A DNA stretch of 62,938 nt from a virus (lineage: Duplodnaviria; Caudoviricetes): IMG/VR virus record IMGVR_UViG_3300050130_000093, positions 1 to 62,938 of that record, one strand, 5' to 3'. A model generated the notes under the pieces. It made no database searches and was not told the DNA's origin. It was given only the letters and a program-made list of their open reading frames with translations. Of the stretch, positions 17,288 to 27,842 are shown piece by piece. How positions within the stretch are numbered: position 1 is the first letter of the stretch; every line of letters begins with the position of its first letter. The translations under genes were made by a program, and so were the position numbers.

Positions 17288-20200
17288 TTACATCCCCACC
17301 CCGATGTGTGTCGTGTCGGTGCTCGACGGTGTCGTGCCCGCAAGATAGGTCATCCCCGAAGTGTCGCCCGGAACCGTGAACGAAACCTGGCCGCCGAACG
17401 TTGAGACGACCGCCGAGTTCTGGATCGTCGCGCCGGTCAACGTGTTCGTCGCCGTCGTCTGCGTGGTGATCGCCGCGATCAGCCCCGCCAGCGTGGAGAG
17501 CAGATTGTCGACGCTCGAAACGGCCGTCAGCGTGTCCGACGGGCTCAACTGGCCATTGACGCCGGAGAGCGCCGTGAAGTCGCTGCCGAGCGCGCTGTTG
17601 TTGCCGCCGAACAGGTTCGCCCACTGCCCGTACTGGCCCTGCGAGATGCCGCCCGGGGTGCTCATCGCGCTGACGATCGGCCCGAGCAGACTCCCGAGAC
17701 CGCTGCCCGCATTCCCCGCGCCGACGAGCGACGACTCCTGCCCGTACTGGCCCTGAATGAACGTCTGAAGATCAGCGTTGGCCTGCGCGATCTGCGGCCC
17801 CGTCAGACCTCCCTGCTGACTCGACAGCGCCTGCAACGCCGTCATGCTCGTCCCAGCCCCAGTCGCGAGACTATCCGCGGCGGTGACGAGCGTCCCCGTG
17901 TTCGACGACGCAGTCTCAAGGCCCTGCTCGATCGTCTGGAAGCTCGTCACGAACGCCGTGTACACGGCCTGCTGGTACGCCTCCTGCAACCCAGCGACAT
18001 CGACGTTGGCGGACAGCAGCGCATTGCTGACGGTCTGGATGTCGGTCTTCGTCGAATCGATCAGCGCGTCGTTGCGCTTCTTCAACGGCAGCTTCATCTG
18101 CGCGGTCAGGATCGACTGGTCCTGCGTCCCCTCCTTCGTCAACTGCGCCATGTAGGTGCCGTAGGCGCTGATCTGCGCCTGCAGGTACTGCGGGTCGGTC
18201 TGGGAGGTCAGCAGCGGCTGCGGTGCCGCAGTGACCTTCGCGAAGCTGATCGCGCCCTTCTTCGTGACCGTCGCCTTCGCGGTCGGCGACAGCCCGAGCT
18301 GCTGATCGCTAATCGACAACTGCTCCTGCAGGTTGATGTTCGACAGGTTCGCCTGGAAGTTCGTCGTCACGTCCTTGCCGTACTGGGCGATCACCGACTG
18401 CGTGTCCTTCGTCAGCGACGTCACTAGGGCCGTGTCGTTCTTCGCGCGCGCGGCCGAGATCAGCGACTTCAACGTACCGATCGCGGTCTGATCAGCGCCG
18501 GCGGCACCGTAGCCGGAGTTCGCCTGCACCGCCGAGACGACGTTCGCGCCGGCGGTCTTGATCACCGACTCGTAGTCCTTCAGGATCGAGTTGATCAGCG
18601 CCTGGTTGCCGTTCGTGCGCGCGTCCGACAGCTGCGACGTCAGCGACTTCATCCCGGCCGAAGTCGACATCTGGCCGGTCGAGACCTGCGCCACCGTCGA
18701 GGCACCCTGCGCCTTCGCGGCACGGATGACCTCTGTCCCGAGGCCTGCCATCGAGATCGCGGTCCCGCTCGTCAGGTTCGTCTGGTCGGTCGTCAGCGCC
18801 GTCGCCGATGTTGGCATCCCGATCGTGCCGCCCTGGTTCAACGCGTTCGACGGCGAGTCCCACGCGGCCTGCAGCGCCTTGTACGCCGCCGCGGTCATCA
18901 TCTGGACGGTGCCGGTCTGCCAGTTGAAATGGCTCGACACGGCCGCCGGCTTCGCGGGGTTCTCGGCCGGGATCGTCGGCTTGCCGCCACCGCCCGTCGT
19001 CTTGGAGGGCTTGTAGATGTTCGTCTCGCCGCCGACGCTACTCGGCGGGGTCGTCTTAATGCCCGGAGCCGCCACACCGAACTGGGGAGAGCTGGCCCAC
19101 GGCGTGCTCGTGTCGTTGCCGAAAGCGTTGGGCCCGAGATTGTGTACGGCCTGCTCGACCGCGGCCACGTTCCCGGTCTTCAGCGCCGCAATAACGCCCG
19201 GCCCGTACGTCTGGAAGTAGGCGAGCTCCCCTTGGATGCCAGCCGTCGGCGAGCCATAGTTCTCGGCCGGGGTGCCGTCGAACTTGCCCGTGCCCACGAG
19301 CGGTCCACTGACATTCAGCGGATTGTAGGCGGCCTGCGTGCCGAACGGTCCCTCGTGTGTTTGGAAGTCTTCAAGCGCAGTAACGGCGCCCGTGCTCGAC
19401 TTGACGCCCATGGCCGCGAGCAGGGCGTTGGCCCACGCAGCCGACGACGCGAACGAGTGCCGCTTGACCCCCTTGACCGCTGGGGTCGGCGACGTGTTGA
19501 ACACATTCCCGCTCAAGTTGCCCGACGTGACCGGGTTGACGGTCACGTTGACCGCGATCTGCGTCTTGATCTGGTCGAGCGCTTGGTTGATCTGCGACAC
19601 GCCGTACTTCACCGACAGCGTCCCGTCGGCCATCTCCGACGTGATCTTCGACACCATCGACTCGAACGCCGAACCAAGATTCGACTTGGCCTGCGGGAAC
19701 TGCATCAGCGCCGCGATCGCCGCGCTCCCCTTCTGCACCGACACCTGACCGTCAGCCATCTTCGTGCCGATCGACTGGACCAGGGTCGCGAAGTCCGTTG
19801 CCACGTTCGTCTGGGTCAGCGACGCTTTGCCGGACAGCTCGTCGAACGCGACCGTCACCGGAGCCGTCGCCGCCGCCAGCTTCTGCAGATCCGCGAGCTG
19901 CGTCCCGCCCACCAGGCCGGTCCCCTTGAACTTCAGGATCGCGTCGTGCAGCGCCTCCATTTTCGTCGGGTCCGGCGCCGCAGACAGCTGCTGGAAGTCC
20001 TTGACGAGCTGCTGGATCGCTTGGCTCGGACTCGAGCCGCCGGACAAGCTCTGCGCCGCCCCAAACAGAGCGCCCACCCCAGCCCCAGCCAGCGTCCCCA
20101 CGCCCGGGATGATCGAACCGATGCCCGCACCGTACGCGGCATCCGTGCCGACCGACGACACGACCTTCCCGGTGCCGCCGCCGATTATGCTGCCGACCAT

Positions 20201-22411
20201 CTGCGCAGCCATCGACCCGCCGATCGCGATCATGCCGCCCTTCATCGCGCTGCCGATCACACCCGGCAACGCACCCTTCAACGACGCAACCAGACCGACA
20301 CCAACGGCCGACTCCTCCGCAGCAGGTAGCAGGCTCGCCGCCGCGCCAGCCGAAGCCACCGACGACGTCTCGGCGGTCGCGGCGCTCACGCCCGCCGGCA
20401 GGATCACACCGCCAGCAGTCCGCGTCTCCCCCGCAATGCCGCCCTCAGCCGCCACGGTCTCAGCCTCAGCCGTATCCGCCGCGGCGCCACCGACGATCCC
20501 GCCAGCCATCTGTACCGCAATCGGGTTCGTGATCGACCCCGGCATCGCCGGACCACGGACCCCGTACATCATCCCGGCCAGACTCGAACTACTACCGGCC
20601 GCCACACCACCGACCTCGCTCGCCGCGCCACCGCCGCCGCCGAGCGCCCGGCCACCCAGACCGCTCAGCAGCGACCCGATCCGCAGGAGCTTCGACGTGA
20701 TGAGCAGCAGCGGCCCGACCACGATGCCGATCCCCACCAGCGCGCTGACCGCATCCTTCACCGGACCCGGCATGTTCGAGAACGCCTTCGCGATGCCCTC
20801 AACGCCGCTCGTGATGTCGTGCAGCACCGGCAGCGCGATCGGCCCGAGATCCTCGCCGATCGCCACACCGGCCGCCTCAATCCCGGCCTTCAGGTGCTGC
20901 AACTGGCCCGACTGCGTCTTGTCCCACGCCTGAACCGACTGGTTCAACTGGTCAACCGCAGTCTTGCCAACCGGGATCGTCTTGTACAGCCCCGCCAGCT
21001 CCGGAATGTTCTGCAGCAACGGCAGGGCACCCTGCGCCCCGCGCGCGCCACCGAAGATGTTCAGGATCGACTGGGACTGCATCACCTTCGAGCCCGAGCC
21101 GCTCGTGATCATCTCGTAGTACTTCGCCATGTCCGCCGTGTACGTCGTGCCAGCCGTCCCGGCCTTGCGCAGCGACTCGGCGTACTGGTCGATCGCGGCC
21201 TGCTGCTGCTTCAGCGTCAGCGTCTGCCCCGGCGGGAACGTGTCGTTGAGATGGCTCTTCAGATCCCGCAGCGCGACGAGCAGCCCGTCCGGCTTCGTCA
21301 TGTCCTGCGCGAGCTGCGTCTGGCTCAACCCGATCGAGCCGAGCGCCCCGATCGCCGTCGCTGACGGCCGCTCGAGCTCGGTGAACGCGAACCGCAAAGC
21401 AGTCGTAGCCTGCGACGCAGCGAGCCCGTGGGAGGTCAACACGTCGACCGCCGCACCAACGTCCGGCAGCGTCAGGCCGATCGACTTGGCGACCGGCACG
21501 ATCTTGCCGAGGTTCGTGACCAAGTCCTGGAGGTGCAGGTTGCCGTGACCGACGATCGCGACCAGGTCAGCCATCGCCCCGGTCGCCCCACCGGCGATCG
21601 TCGGGAAGTTCTTCAACGTCGTCGACAGCGCGTTGCCGACGTCGTCGAGGTTCGCGCCGCTGATGTTCGCGCCCTCAGCCGCCGCCTTCACCACGTCAAG
21701 CGCCTTGCCTGCCGGGATCCCGACCGACGCGATGTGGTACAGCGCCAGCGCCAGCGCGTCAGGTGTCTGCGCCAGCGACGGCGACAGCTTCACGACCGCC
21801 GTGGAAAGCTGATCGACCGCCTTCTGCGAGTACCCAGCCTGCGTGTGCAGCTGCTCCATCAGCCCGGAGAACTTCGACGACGCGTACAGGCTCGCCCCAC
21901 CAACGGCCAGCAGCGGCACGCTCAACGCCGTCAGCGCCGACCCCCACTGCTTCGTGTTGCTCGACGCCGTGCTCAGCTTCCCCGACAGATCCGTCAGGAC
22001 GTTCGAGTGGCCCTTCGACGCATCCGAGGCAACCTTCGAGCTCGCGCCCAACGTCCCATGGGAACGCGAAAGCGCCCCGGCCGAAGCCAGGGCGCCAATC
22101 TGTGACTCATCGAGCTTCGCGGTCCCCGCCGCCGCCGCAGTCGTCGAATCAGCAACAGCCTTCTGGGAGTCCGCGAGCTTCGTCGAAGCGGCCGCAGCAT
22201 CCGTCGCGCTCCCGGCGGCCCCCTTCTGCGCCGTCTCCAGCTTCCCGAGCGACGCGGTGGCGGCGTCCGTGGACTTTGCGACGCCCGCCATCGCGGACTG
22301 CGCTGTCTTGTCGAGCGCCAGGAACTGATCCTGCACCGCGCGCAACACGGGCGACGCCGTGTCGATCGCCTCTACGAGGTAACTGAGGATCTGCGAGCCG
22401 TCTCCGAGCAA
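17288..22411 (-). CDS. tape measure protein
   Basis: 1707 aa, Ala/Gly-rich; TP901-like core (ALYHIASVG..A..A..GA); follows the chaperone. Confidence 0.95.
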   Translation of the reverse strand: MLGDGSQILSYLVEAIDTASPVLRAVQDQFLALDKTAQSAMAGVAKSTDAATASLGKLETAQKGAAGSATDAAAASTKLADSQKAVADSTTAAAAGTAKLDESQIGALASAGALSRSHGTLGASSKVASDASKGHSNVLTDLSGKLSTASSNTKQWGSALTALSVPLLAVGGASLYASSKFSGLMEQLHTQAGYSQKAVDQLSTAVVKLSPSLAQTPDALALALYHIASVGIPAGKALDVVKAAAEGANISGANLDDVGNALSTTLKNFPTIAGGATGAMADLVAIVGHGNLHLQDLVTNLGKIVPVAKSIGLTLPDVGAAVDVLTSHGLAASQATTALRFAFTELERPSATAIGALGSIGLSQTQLAQDMTKPDGLLVALRDLKSHLNDTFPPGQTLTLKQQQAAIDQYAESLRKAGTAGTTYTADMAKYYEMITSGSGSKVMQSQSILNIFGGARGAQGALPLLQNIPELAGLYKTIPVGKTAVDQLNQSVQAWDKTQSGQLQHLKAGIEAAGVAIGEDLGPIALPVLHDITSGVEGIAKAFSNMPGPVKDAVSALVGIGIVVGPLLLITSKLLRIGSLLSGLGGRALGGGGGAASEVGGVAAGSSSSLAGMMYGVRGPAMPGSITNPIAVQMAGGIVGGAAADTAEAETVAAEGGIAGETRTAGGVILPAGVSAATAETSSVASAGAAASLLPAAEESAVGVGLVASLKGALPGVIGSAMKGGMIAIGGSMAAQMVGSIIGGGTGKVVSSVGTDAAYGAGIGSIIPGVGTLAGAGVGALFGAAQSLSGGSSPSQAIQQLVKDFQQLSAAPDPTKMEALHDAILKFKGTGLVGGTQLADLQKLAAATAPVTVAFDELSGKASLTQTNVATDFATLVQSIGTKMADGQVSVQKGSAAIAALMQFPQAKSNLGSAFESMVSKITSEMADGTLSVKYGVSQINQALDQIKTQIAVNVTVNPVTSGNLSGNVFNTSPTPAVKGVKRHSFASSAAWANALLAAMGVKSSTGAVTALEDFQTHEGPFGTQAAYNPLNVSGPLVGTGKFDGTPAENYGSPTAGIQGELAYFQTYGPGVIAALKTGNVAAVEQAVHNLGPNAFGNDTSTPWASSPQFGVAAPGIKTTPPSSVGGETNIYKPSKTTGGGGKPTIPAENPAKPAAVSSHFNWQTGTVQMMTAAAYKALQAAWDSPSNALNQGGTIGMPTSATALTTDQTNLTSGTAISMAGLGTEVIRAAKAQGASTVAQVSTGQMSTSAGMKSLTSQLSDARTNGNQALINSILKDYESVIKTAGANVVSAVQANSGYGAAGADQTAIGTLKSLISAARAKNDTALVTSLTKDTQSVIAQYGKDVTTNFQANLSNINLQEQLSISDQQLGLSPTAKATVTKKGAISFAKVTAAPQPLLTSQTDPQYLQAQISAYGTYMAQLTKEGTQDQSILTAQMKLPLKKRNDALIDSTKTDIQTVSNALLSANVDVAGLQEAYQQAVYTAFVTSFQTIEQGLETASSNTGTLVTAADSLATGAGTSMTALQALSSQQGGLTGPQIAQANADLQTFIQGQYGQESSLVGAGNAGSGLGSLLGPIVSAMSTPGGISQGQYGQWANLFGGNNSALGSDFTALSGVNGQLSPSDTLTAVSSVDNLLSTLAGLIAAITTQTTATNTLTGATIQNSAVVSTFGGQVSFTVPGDTSGMTYLAGTTPSSTDTTHIGVGM

Positions 22412-22449
22412 GGTCGGCGGCTCCTTTCCCTAGGGGGACGGCGGCGCTA

Positions 22450-23147
22450 TCAGCCGCGACGGGACTGCAACTGGCTGAGCATCTGCTGGACGCCGCTCTC
22501 CTGCGACTGCCCCTCGTGCTCGCCCTTCGCGAACGCCAAGAAAATCTCGACGTTCGCCGCGTTCATCTCGTGCAACTCGTTCTGAGTGCACTGCAGCCGG
22601 TTCATCAACTGCCAGTCCTGCCACAGCGGGACGAGCAGACTGCGCTCGTCATCCGACAGCTTCGACAGGTTTACGCCGACCGTGCCCGCGTACCGCGCGA
22701 ACTTGACGGCTTGGGTGACGAATCCCCTTTTTTTTCGTAGCTCCGCACACCGCGGCCGATCGCGTCCATCACGCACGCATCCAGCCAATCCCAAACCGGC
22801 AGACGCAGCTCGTCGAACACGTCAGCCCTCGGCTGGCCCGGCCCGAACGACCAGCCCTCCGCCAGATGCAGAAACTGCTTACGCTTGGAGTCCATCGGCG
22901 AGCCCTCACCGAGCTCCGCGTTCGTGATCGCCGTGATGTCGCGCCGCGAGATCGGGATCCGCAACGTCACCCAGACCTCCGTCGCCTCCGCCGCAGCCAT
23001 CTCGTACTTCTCGACGAACGTCGCGGTGACCCACTTCTGCTTCGCCTGACCGTTCTCGTCGACCCCGTCAGGTATCAGCCGTGACGTCGCCGGCTCCTGG
23101 TCGGAGTAGCGGTAGGTGTGCGTCTCGTGCGTCGCGAGGTAGTCCAT
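22450..23147 (-). CDS. tail assembly chaperone pair (short form 22671..23147; long form via -1 frameshift)
   Basis: Two overlapping frames between tail tube and tape measure; slippery GAA AAA AAA GGG at 22724-22736. Confidence 0.85.
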
Positions 23148-23180
23148 GAGCGAAACGCTACCGGAACCGCAAAGCGGGCG

Positions 23181-24257
23181 TCAATACTGGCCCGCCTCGT
23201 CATTTATCCAGACGCTTGAAAGCTCGTTCGAGCCCGCCAACGTGACGCTCCACTGGATGTTCTGCTGGATCACGTCCGACGCCGACTGCAACACGTAGTT
23301 GCCCATCGCCCGCGTCCCCGGGATCGTGAACGACACCGAGTACGGGATCGCCGTCGCCGGAATGTTGCTCGCCGACGTGAACGTGAACACGAAACCAGTC
23401 GTCTTCGTCCCGTTGATCCAGTCCGTGTAGACCGTCGTATCCAGGAAGTCCAGCAACGTCGTCAACGTCACCTCACGCAACGTCGGCACCAGCCGGGACG
23501 CATACAGCTTGCCGTTCGAGCTGAACACGCGCTGCACCTGATTGTTCAGCATCAGCGTCAGATCCAGCAGCTGCGTGTTCGCGAGCGACTTGTACGTCAC
23601 GGACAGCAGGCTGAAGTCGAACGGCTCGATCGTCGCGAAGTACGTCGGGTTCGCGTTCGACGGCACCCCCGGCGTCGCTGGCGTCAGCTCACGCTGACCG
23701 ATCAGAGACGCCTGCGCCGTCACGATCGACTGGTTCGTCGCCTTGATCTGGAACTGGTTGACGAGACACCCGGCCGCCTGACGGGCCAGCGTCTGCTCGC
23801 CCGGGATCACATCCGAGTCCTCCTCGAACGAGAGCGACGGCAGCTGCGCCTGCGGCGTCAGCGAATGCGTCGCCGCACCACCGCTCGAGCTGTAGTTGTC
23901 CGACCCGTTGCCGAACGCCGCAGCACACAGCCGCGACCACACATCCGGCAGCAGTTCCCCGGCCACGACGAAGTCCAGCTCGTAGCCGGTCACGACATCG
24001 ACGACCTGCGACCGTGTCGCGCGTGACTGCGCCGGCCGCGTGACCTTCTGGTTGCCGGTGAACGTCGACTTGCCCGGCACGAAAGACGTCGGCGTCACGA
24101 ACGTGCCGAACGCCGCCTCCTTGCTGAACCCAATTACGCGTTCACTTTCGATGCTCGCTCCGGCGATGGTCCGAGGCGCGTCCGGATCACGCAGGGTGGG
24201 CGTCCCGTCGCGGTCGTAACGCCGCCCCCTCGGGAGCATGATGGTGGCTGCAGACAC
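23181..24257 (-). CDS. major tail tube protein
   Basis: Position; IGFSKEAAFGT, HSLTP, LPSLSFE, GCLVNQFQI. Confidence 0.85.
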   Translation of the reverse strand: MSAATIMLPRGRRYDRDGTPTLRDPDAPRTIAGASIESERVIGFSKEAAFGTFVTPTSFVPGKSTFTGNQKVTRPAQSRATRSQVVDVVTGYELDFVVAGELLPDVWSRLCAAAFGNGSDNYSSSGGAATHSLTPQAQLPSLSFEEDSDVIPGEQTLARQAAGCLVNQFQIKATNQSIVTAQASLIGQRELTPATPGVPSNANPTYFATIEPFDFSLLSVTYKSLANTQLLDLTLMLNNQVQRVFSSNGKLYASRLVPTLREVTLTTLLDFLDTTVYTDWINGTKTTGFVFTFTSASNIPATAIPYSVSFTIPGTRAMGNYVLQSASDVIQQNIQWSVTLAGSNELSSVWINDEAGQY

Positions 24258-24260
24258 GGC

Positions 24261-24488
24261 TTACGCCTCCTTCCCGGCGTCATCGCCGGAGTCGTCGCCG
24301 GTATCGCCGGCACCCTTGGACTTGTCCTCGCGCTTCTTCGTGACCCGCTCCCACTCCGGATGTCCGGCGAACAGCCCGGACGGATCATCGATGTCGTACT
24401 CCTCGCCGACGGTGACCTCGCCGAGAAACGGGTTCGTGAACGTGCCCGAACCGATGCCCTCGGGCCCGCGATATCTGTAGCGCGGCAT
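24261..24488 (-). CDS. small virion-associated protein
   Basis: AAAGGAG RBS; lies upstream of the tail tube gene. Confidence 0.6.
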   Translation of the reverse strand: MPRYRYRGPEGIGSGTFTNPFLGEVTVGEEYDIDDPSGLFAGHPEWERVTKKREDKSKGAGDTGDDSGDDAGKEA

Positions 24489-24692
24489 GGGCCGCTCCTT
24501 TCGGTTTGTGTGAGCTGTTCTCCGCCGTTCTGCGGGGAGAGGACAGACGGTTGCGGGGGAAGGTCGGCCCTGGGGTGCCCGGAGGCTTGAGACTGGACTG
24601 GCCCTCCCTTACAACGTTGTTACGATCGGCATCATCGGCGCCTGGGGGAATCCTTCCCGTGTCAAGTGGTGCTTCTCGCCAAACACGGCAGT

Positions 24693-25274
24693 TCAGACGA
24701 TCATCAGGATTTGCGCCGCACCTGTCGCGGCGGCCCAGACCGCTACGGCCGTACCCGTGAAACTGTAGGCGCTCAGGCCGGTCGCGCTCAGGCTGACTGC
24801 GCCTACAGCGCTACCCGTGCACGCGAACGCCGCTGTGCCGGTTGCGCCCAGGCTGACCAGCCCCGCGGCCGAGCCTGTGAACGTGTACGCACCCGAACCG
24901 AACGCGGGAACGGTAACAGCACCCGGGGCTGCACCACTGAAACTGTAGACGCCTACACCGGTTGCGGGCAACGCCCAGCCGGCGACTGCACTGCCACTGA
25001 ACGAGTACGCCCCCGAGGCCGTTGCAGATACCGTAATCGACCCGGTCGCCGTACCCAGGAAAGTGAACGCACCCGCACCTGCGGCCGTGTAGACGCTGCC
25101 GACAGCTCCGTTAGCGGCACCCAGGAACGTGAACGCACCGGACGCGGTTGCGGGGAGTGTTACCGCTCCGGCCGCCGCCCCGGTGAACGAGTAGCTACCG
25201 GTGCCGGTCGCGGTGAAGGTTGACCTGGACGGAAAGAACGTTTGGAGCAGGTGGCGCGTAGTCGGCGCCGGCAT
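24693..25274 (-). CDS. repeat protein (~20-aa units A.G.G.[FY][TS]F.G.A.G)
   Basis: About 8 tandem peptide repeats visible in the translation. Confidence 0.65.
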   Translation of the reverse strand: MPAPTTRHLLQTFFPSRSTFTATGTGSYSFTGAAAGAVTLPATASGAFTFLGAANGAVGSVYTAAGAGAFTFLGTATGSITVSATASGAYSFSGSAVAGWALPATGVGVYSFSGAAPGAVTVPAFGSGAYTFTGSAAGLVSLGATGTAAFACTGSAVGAVSLSATGLSAYSFTGTAVAVWAAATGAAQILMIV

Positions 25275-25322
25275 CTCAGAACCCCGAGCGCGTCAGCCGG
25301 CGGCAGTTAGTTCCCCATGGCA

Positions 25323-25865
25323 TCAGAAACCACTTGCCGTGTTGGTGATTCCGATCAGCGGCCACGCGGTCTTGGCGAACGCCGCGAACGACGCCGGCGA
25401 CGGCAGTGGGAACGCCGAAGCCTGCATCAGCGCCCCAGGCAGCCGGCCCGTAATCGCCGTCACCGTCCCGCCGACCAGCCGGTTCGCGGTCGTGTCGCTG
25501 TGATTGAACCCAAGCAGATACGCGCCGGGCGACAGGAGAAGCGGGGTTGAAAGCGTCACGTACTGGACGGTTGAGCTGCCCGTCCCGACGGTGCTCCCCG
25601 CGGACCAGAGATTCGCGCCGCCGGGCGTGAAGATGCCGATGTCGCTGTTGCCGCCCGCAGCCGACCCGTTGACCCAGAACGCGCGCTCGACGGTGTACGT
25701 CCACGGGATGAACAGCGGAATGAAGATCGCTTGGTTCGCCGTGTCCCATGCCATGCCCGCAGGGATGACGCCCAATCCTCCGAGCATCTTCACGTCGTTC
25801 GCGCCACACCACCGCATATAGGAGTTGATGAACGGCGGTACCGCCGCGTTACGCGGATAGTCCAT
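25323..25865 (-). CDS. putative tail/decoration protein, paralog of 25865..26434
   Basis: W.TAN.A..IP, W.NG...GN.D.GI[FY], L.PG.Y.L, ASAFPLPS. Confidence 0.7.
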   Translation of the reverse strand: MDYPRNAAVPPFINSYMRWCGANDVKMLGGLGVIPAGMAWDTANQAIFIPLFIPWTYTVERAFWVNGSAAGGNSDIGIFTPGGANLWSAGSTVGTGSSTVQYVTLSTPLLLSPGAYLLGFNHSDTTANRLVGGTVTAITGRLPGALMQASAFPLPSPASFAAFAKTAWPLIGITNTASGF

Positions 25866-26434
25866 CAGAACACCGGGTTTCCAGCCAGGCAGACCGCTGG
25901 CGCGAGCGTGCTGAGCGAATTGGTTGCCGGGGTGGCATAGGTCAACGTGGAGGGAAGCGGGAACGCCGACGCCATTGAGCCCATCCCCGCGAGCCGGCCG
26001 ATTGCGCCACCCGCGTTGCTGGACAGCGCCGCTGCGCGCAACGTGCCCGTCCCGTTGTCCATAGCCACCGCCAGGTTGTACACCCCCGGGTCGAGCCACA
26101 CTGGCGTGACGGTGGGCGCCTGCGCCGCGTTCGTTCCAGACTGCGCAGTCGACCCGAGGCTTGTGATCTTCGCGAGCTCGCCCGTGTAGATGCCCACGTC
26201 AATGTTGCCGGAGACAGTCGCGCCGTTGTACCACATGAATCCCTCGACGAGGAATGCCTTGCGAACCAAGACGGGTATCCATAGTGCGGCGTTCGCGGTC
26301 GGCCACACCGTCGAAACCACGGACACCGTGCCCGTGACGAACAACGTATCGGGGATCGGCGAGCCTCCCGAAAGAAAGCCCGCGACCCCAAGCGCACACG
26401 CCGGGTCGAAAAGGTCCTCCGGCCAGTCGCCCAT
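25865..26434 (-). CDS. putative tail/decoration protein
   Basis: Same motifs as its neighbour; TGATG coupling. Confidence 0.7.
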   Translation of the reverse strand: MGDWPEDLFDPACALGVAGFLSGGSPIPDTLFVTGTVSVVSTVWPTANAALWIPVLVRKAFLVEGFMWYNGATVSGNIDVGIYTGELAKITSLGSTAQSGTNAAQAPTVTPVWLDPGVYNLAVAMDNGTGTLRAAALSSNAGGAIGRLAGMGSMASAFPLPSTLTYATPATNSLSTLAPAVCLAGNPVF

Positions 26435-26784
26435 CAGTACTGCAACACCTTATAGGGGAACGCGCGAGCGGTCCCCGCGGTCTGCTTTAGCGTGCAGGTG
26501 ATCGCACCGGTATCGGAGATGTCATTCGCGATCGGGACACTGATCTTAATCAGATCATTCGCCGCCTGCGCATCCGTGTACTGCTGAAAGTACGCGACGC
26601 GCGTGGTGCCGCCCGTCAGGATCATCTGGTAGATGCGTAGTTGCAACACGTCCCCGGCAGCCATGTTGACCGTGTCGACATGGAAGCTGAACACCCCGGC
26701 ACTGGAGGACTGGAACAGTGTGGCTTCGGTCCCGACGGTCGGCGTTTCGGTGCCGTTCGCGGCTGCGGTCGGCGACTCGGCCAT
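26434..26784 (-). CDS. putative structural protein
   Basis: Coupled gene, beta-rich. Confidence 0.65.
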   Translation of the reverse strand: MAESPTAAANGTETPTVGTEATLFQSSSAGVFSFHVDTVNMAAGDVLQLRIYQMILTGGTTRVAYFQQYTDAQAANDLIKISVPIANDISDTGAITCTLKQTAGTARAFPYKVLQY

Positions 26785-26785
26785 G

Positions 26786-27169
26786 TTAGCTCACCGCGAG
26801 TGTCACGGCACCCGACGCGAACGACACCGTAGCGCCCGCTGGGATCGACCCGGACAGCCCCGTCGTCGTGCCGCCCGCCTCGTACGTGGGGCCCGTGCTA
26901 GCAGACCAGATACCGAAGTACGGGCACCCGCTAGACTCCAACGGCATTCCCGTGAATGACTGGGCCGCATCAGTACCCGCTGAAGCCTGCGAGCCTCCGG
27001 AGGGTGTGCCGAACGTGATCGCCTGGCGTGCATATGAGCCGCCCGTGATCTCGTTCGCCCCCGTCGTGCCCGGCGAGCCGGAGTGCAGCGACAGGTAGTA
27101 GACGGTGGTCGGCACACATGGCGCCGCTGTCAACATCGCGTTTGCGTTCGCGGTGGTAAGGTCGGCCAT
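26786..27169 (-). CDS. putative tail fiber-associated protein
   Basis: YLSLHSGSPG..GANEITGGSYARQ motif typical of phage virion proteins; GGAGG RBS. Confidence 0.75.
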   Translation of the reverse strand: MADLTTANANAMLTAAPCVPTTVYYLSLHSGSPGTTGANEITGGSYARQAITFGTPSGGSQASAGTDAAQSFTGMPLESSGCPYFGIWSASTGPTYEAGGTTTGLSGSIPAGATVSFASGAVTLAVS

Positions 27170-27176
27170 GATCAGC

Positions 27177-27835
27177 CTCCGGTAAAGTAGACGACACCGC
27201 TAACGGTGCCCGAGGTTACATGCAGAAACAGCCCTGTACTGACTAGCACGACATGGTCGCACACGGGCAGGATGAAGTGTGGTACGGCCCGAACGGTCTA
27301 CTGACGAGCTAACGCTGTGAGCAGCGCATACGATGCGGTCGTCCTTGGCGACTCCGCCATCGTACTACTGGCCGTGTTCGGCAGCGTCCGGTTCGTCGCT
27401 GGCGGACAGTGCGGACAGCCTGGCTCTCGCGTTCACGGGCACATCAACCGGGTCGCTCGATCAGATCTCTGGTGGGGGTTGGCTCCGGTTCGGCCAGCGG
27501 GGCGTGCGGCGTCGAAGGCTGAGGCTGCGTTGACCGACAACGAATCCACCACAGAGGAGTAGACGCAATGGCCGCAGGCACAGTCACAACCGACCTCAAC
27601 GTCTACCGCTCCTATCCGCTCACCGCGGCACGCAAGGTGTGTTTCACCGCAGGCACCACAGACCTGGCATTGATCCCGGCCGGGCAGATCAAATACCTGC
27701 TTGGTTGGCGTATCAGTGAGACCGCCGGCGCAACCGCAGCCTGTGTGCTGCAGGACAGCGTCGAGACTATCGCGGATGTGAACGTCGACAACTTCGGGCT
27801 CATCACCCTGTTCGGCCAGGAAATGCAGGCATGTC
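27177..27835. pseudogene. scrambled/inverted structural gene fragments
   Basis: Protein pieces on both strands plus a frameshifted LamG-like start (see findings). Confidence 0.55.
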
Positions 27836-27842
27836 AGTGCTC

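Noticed and set aside
22724-22736. -1 frameshift as a novelty
   Set aside because: Real, but standard for tail assembly chaperones.
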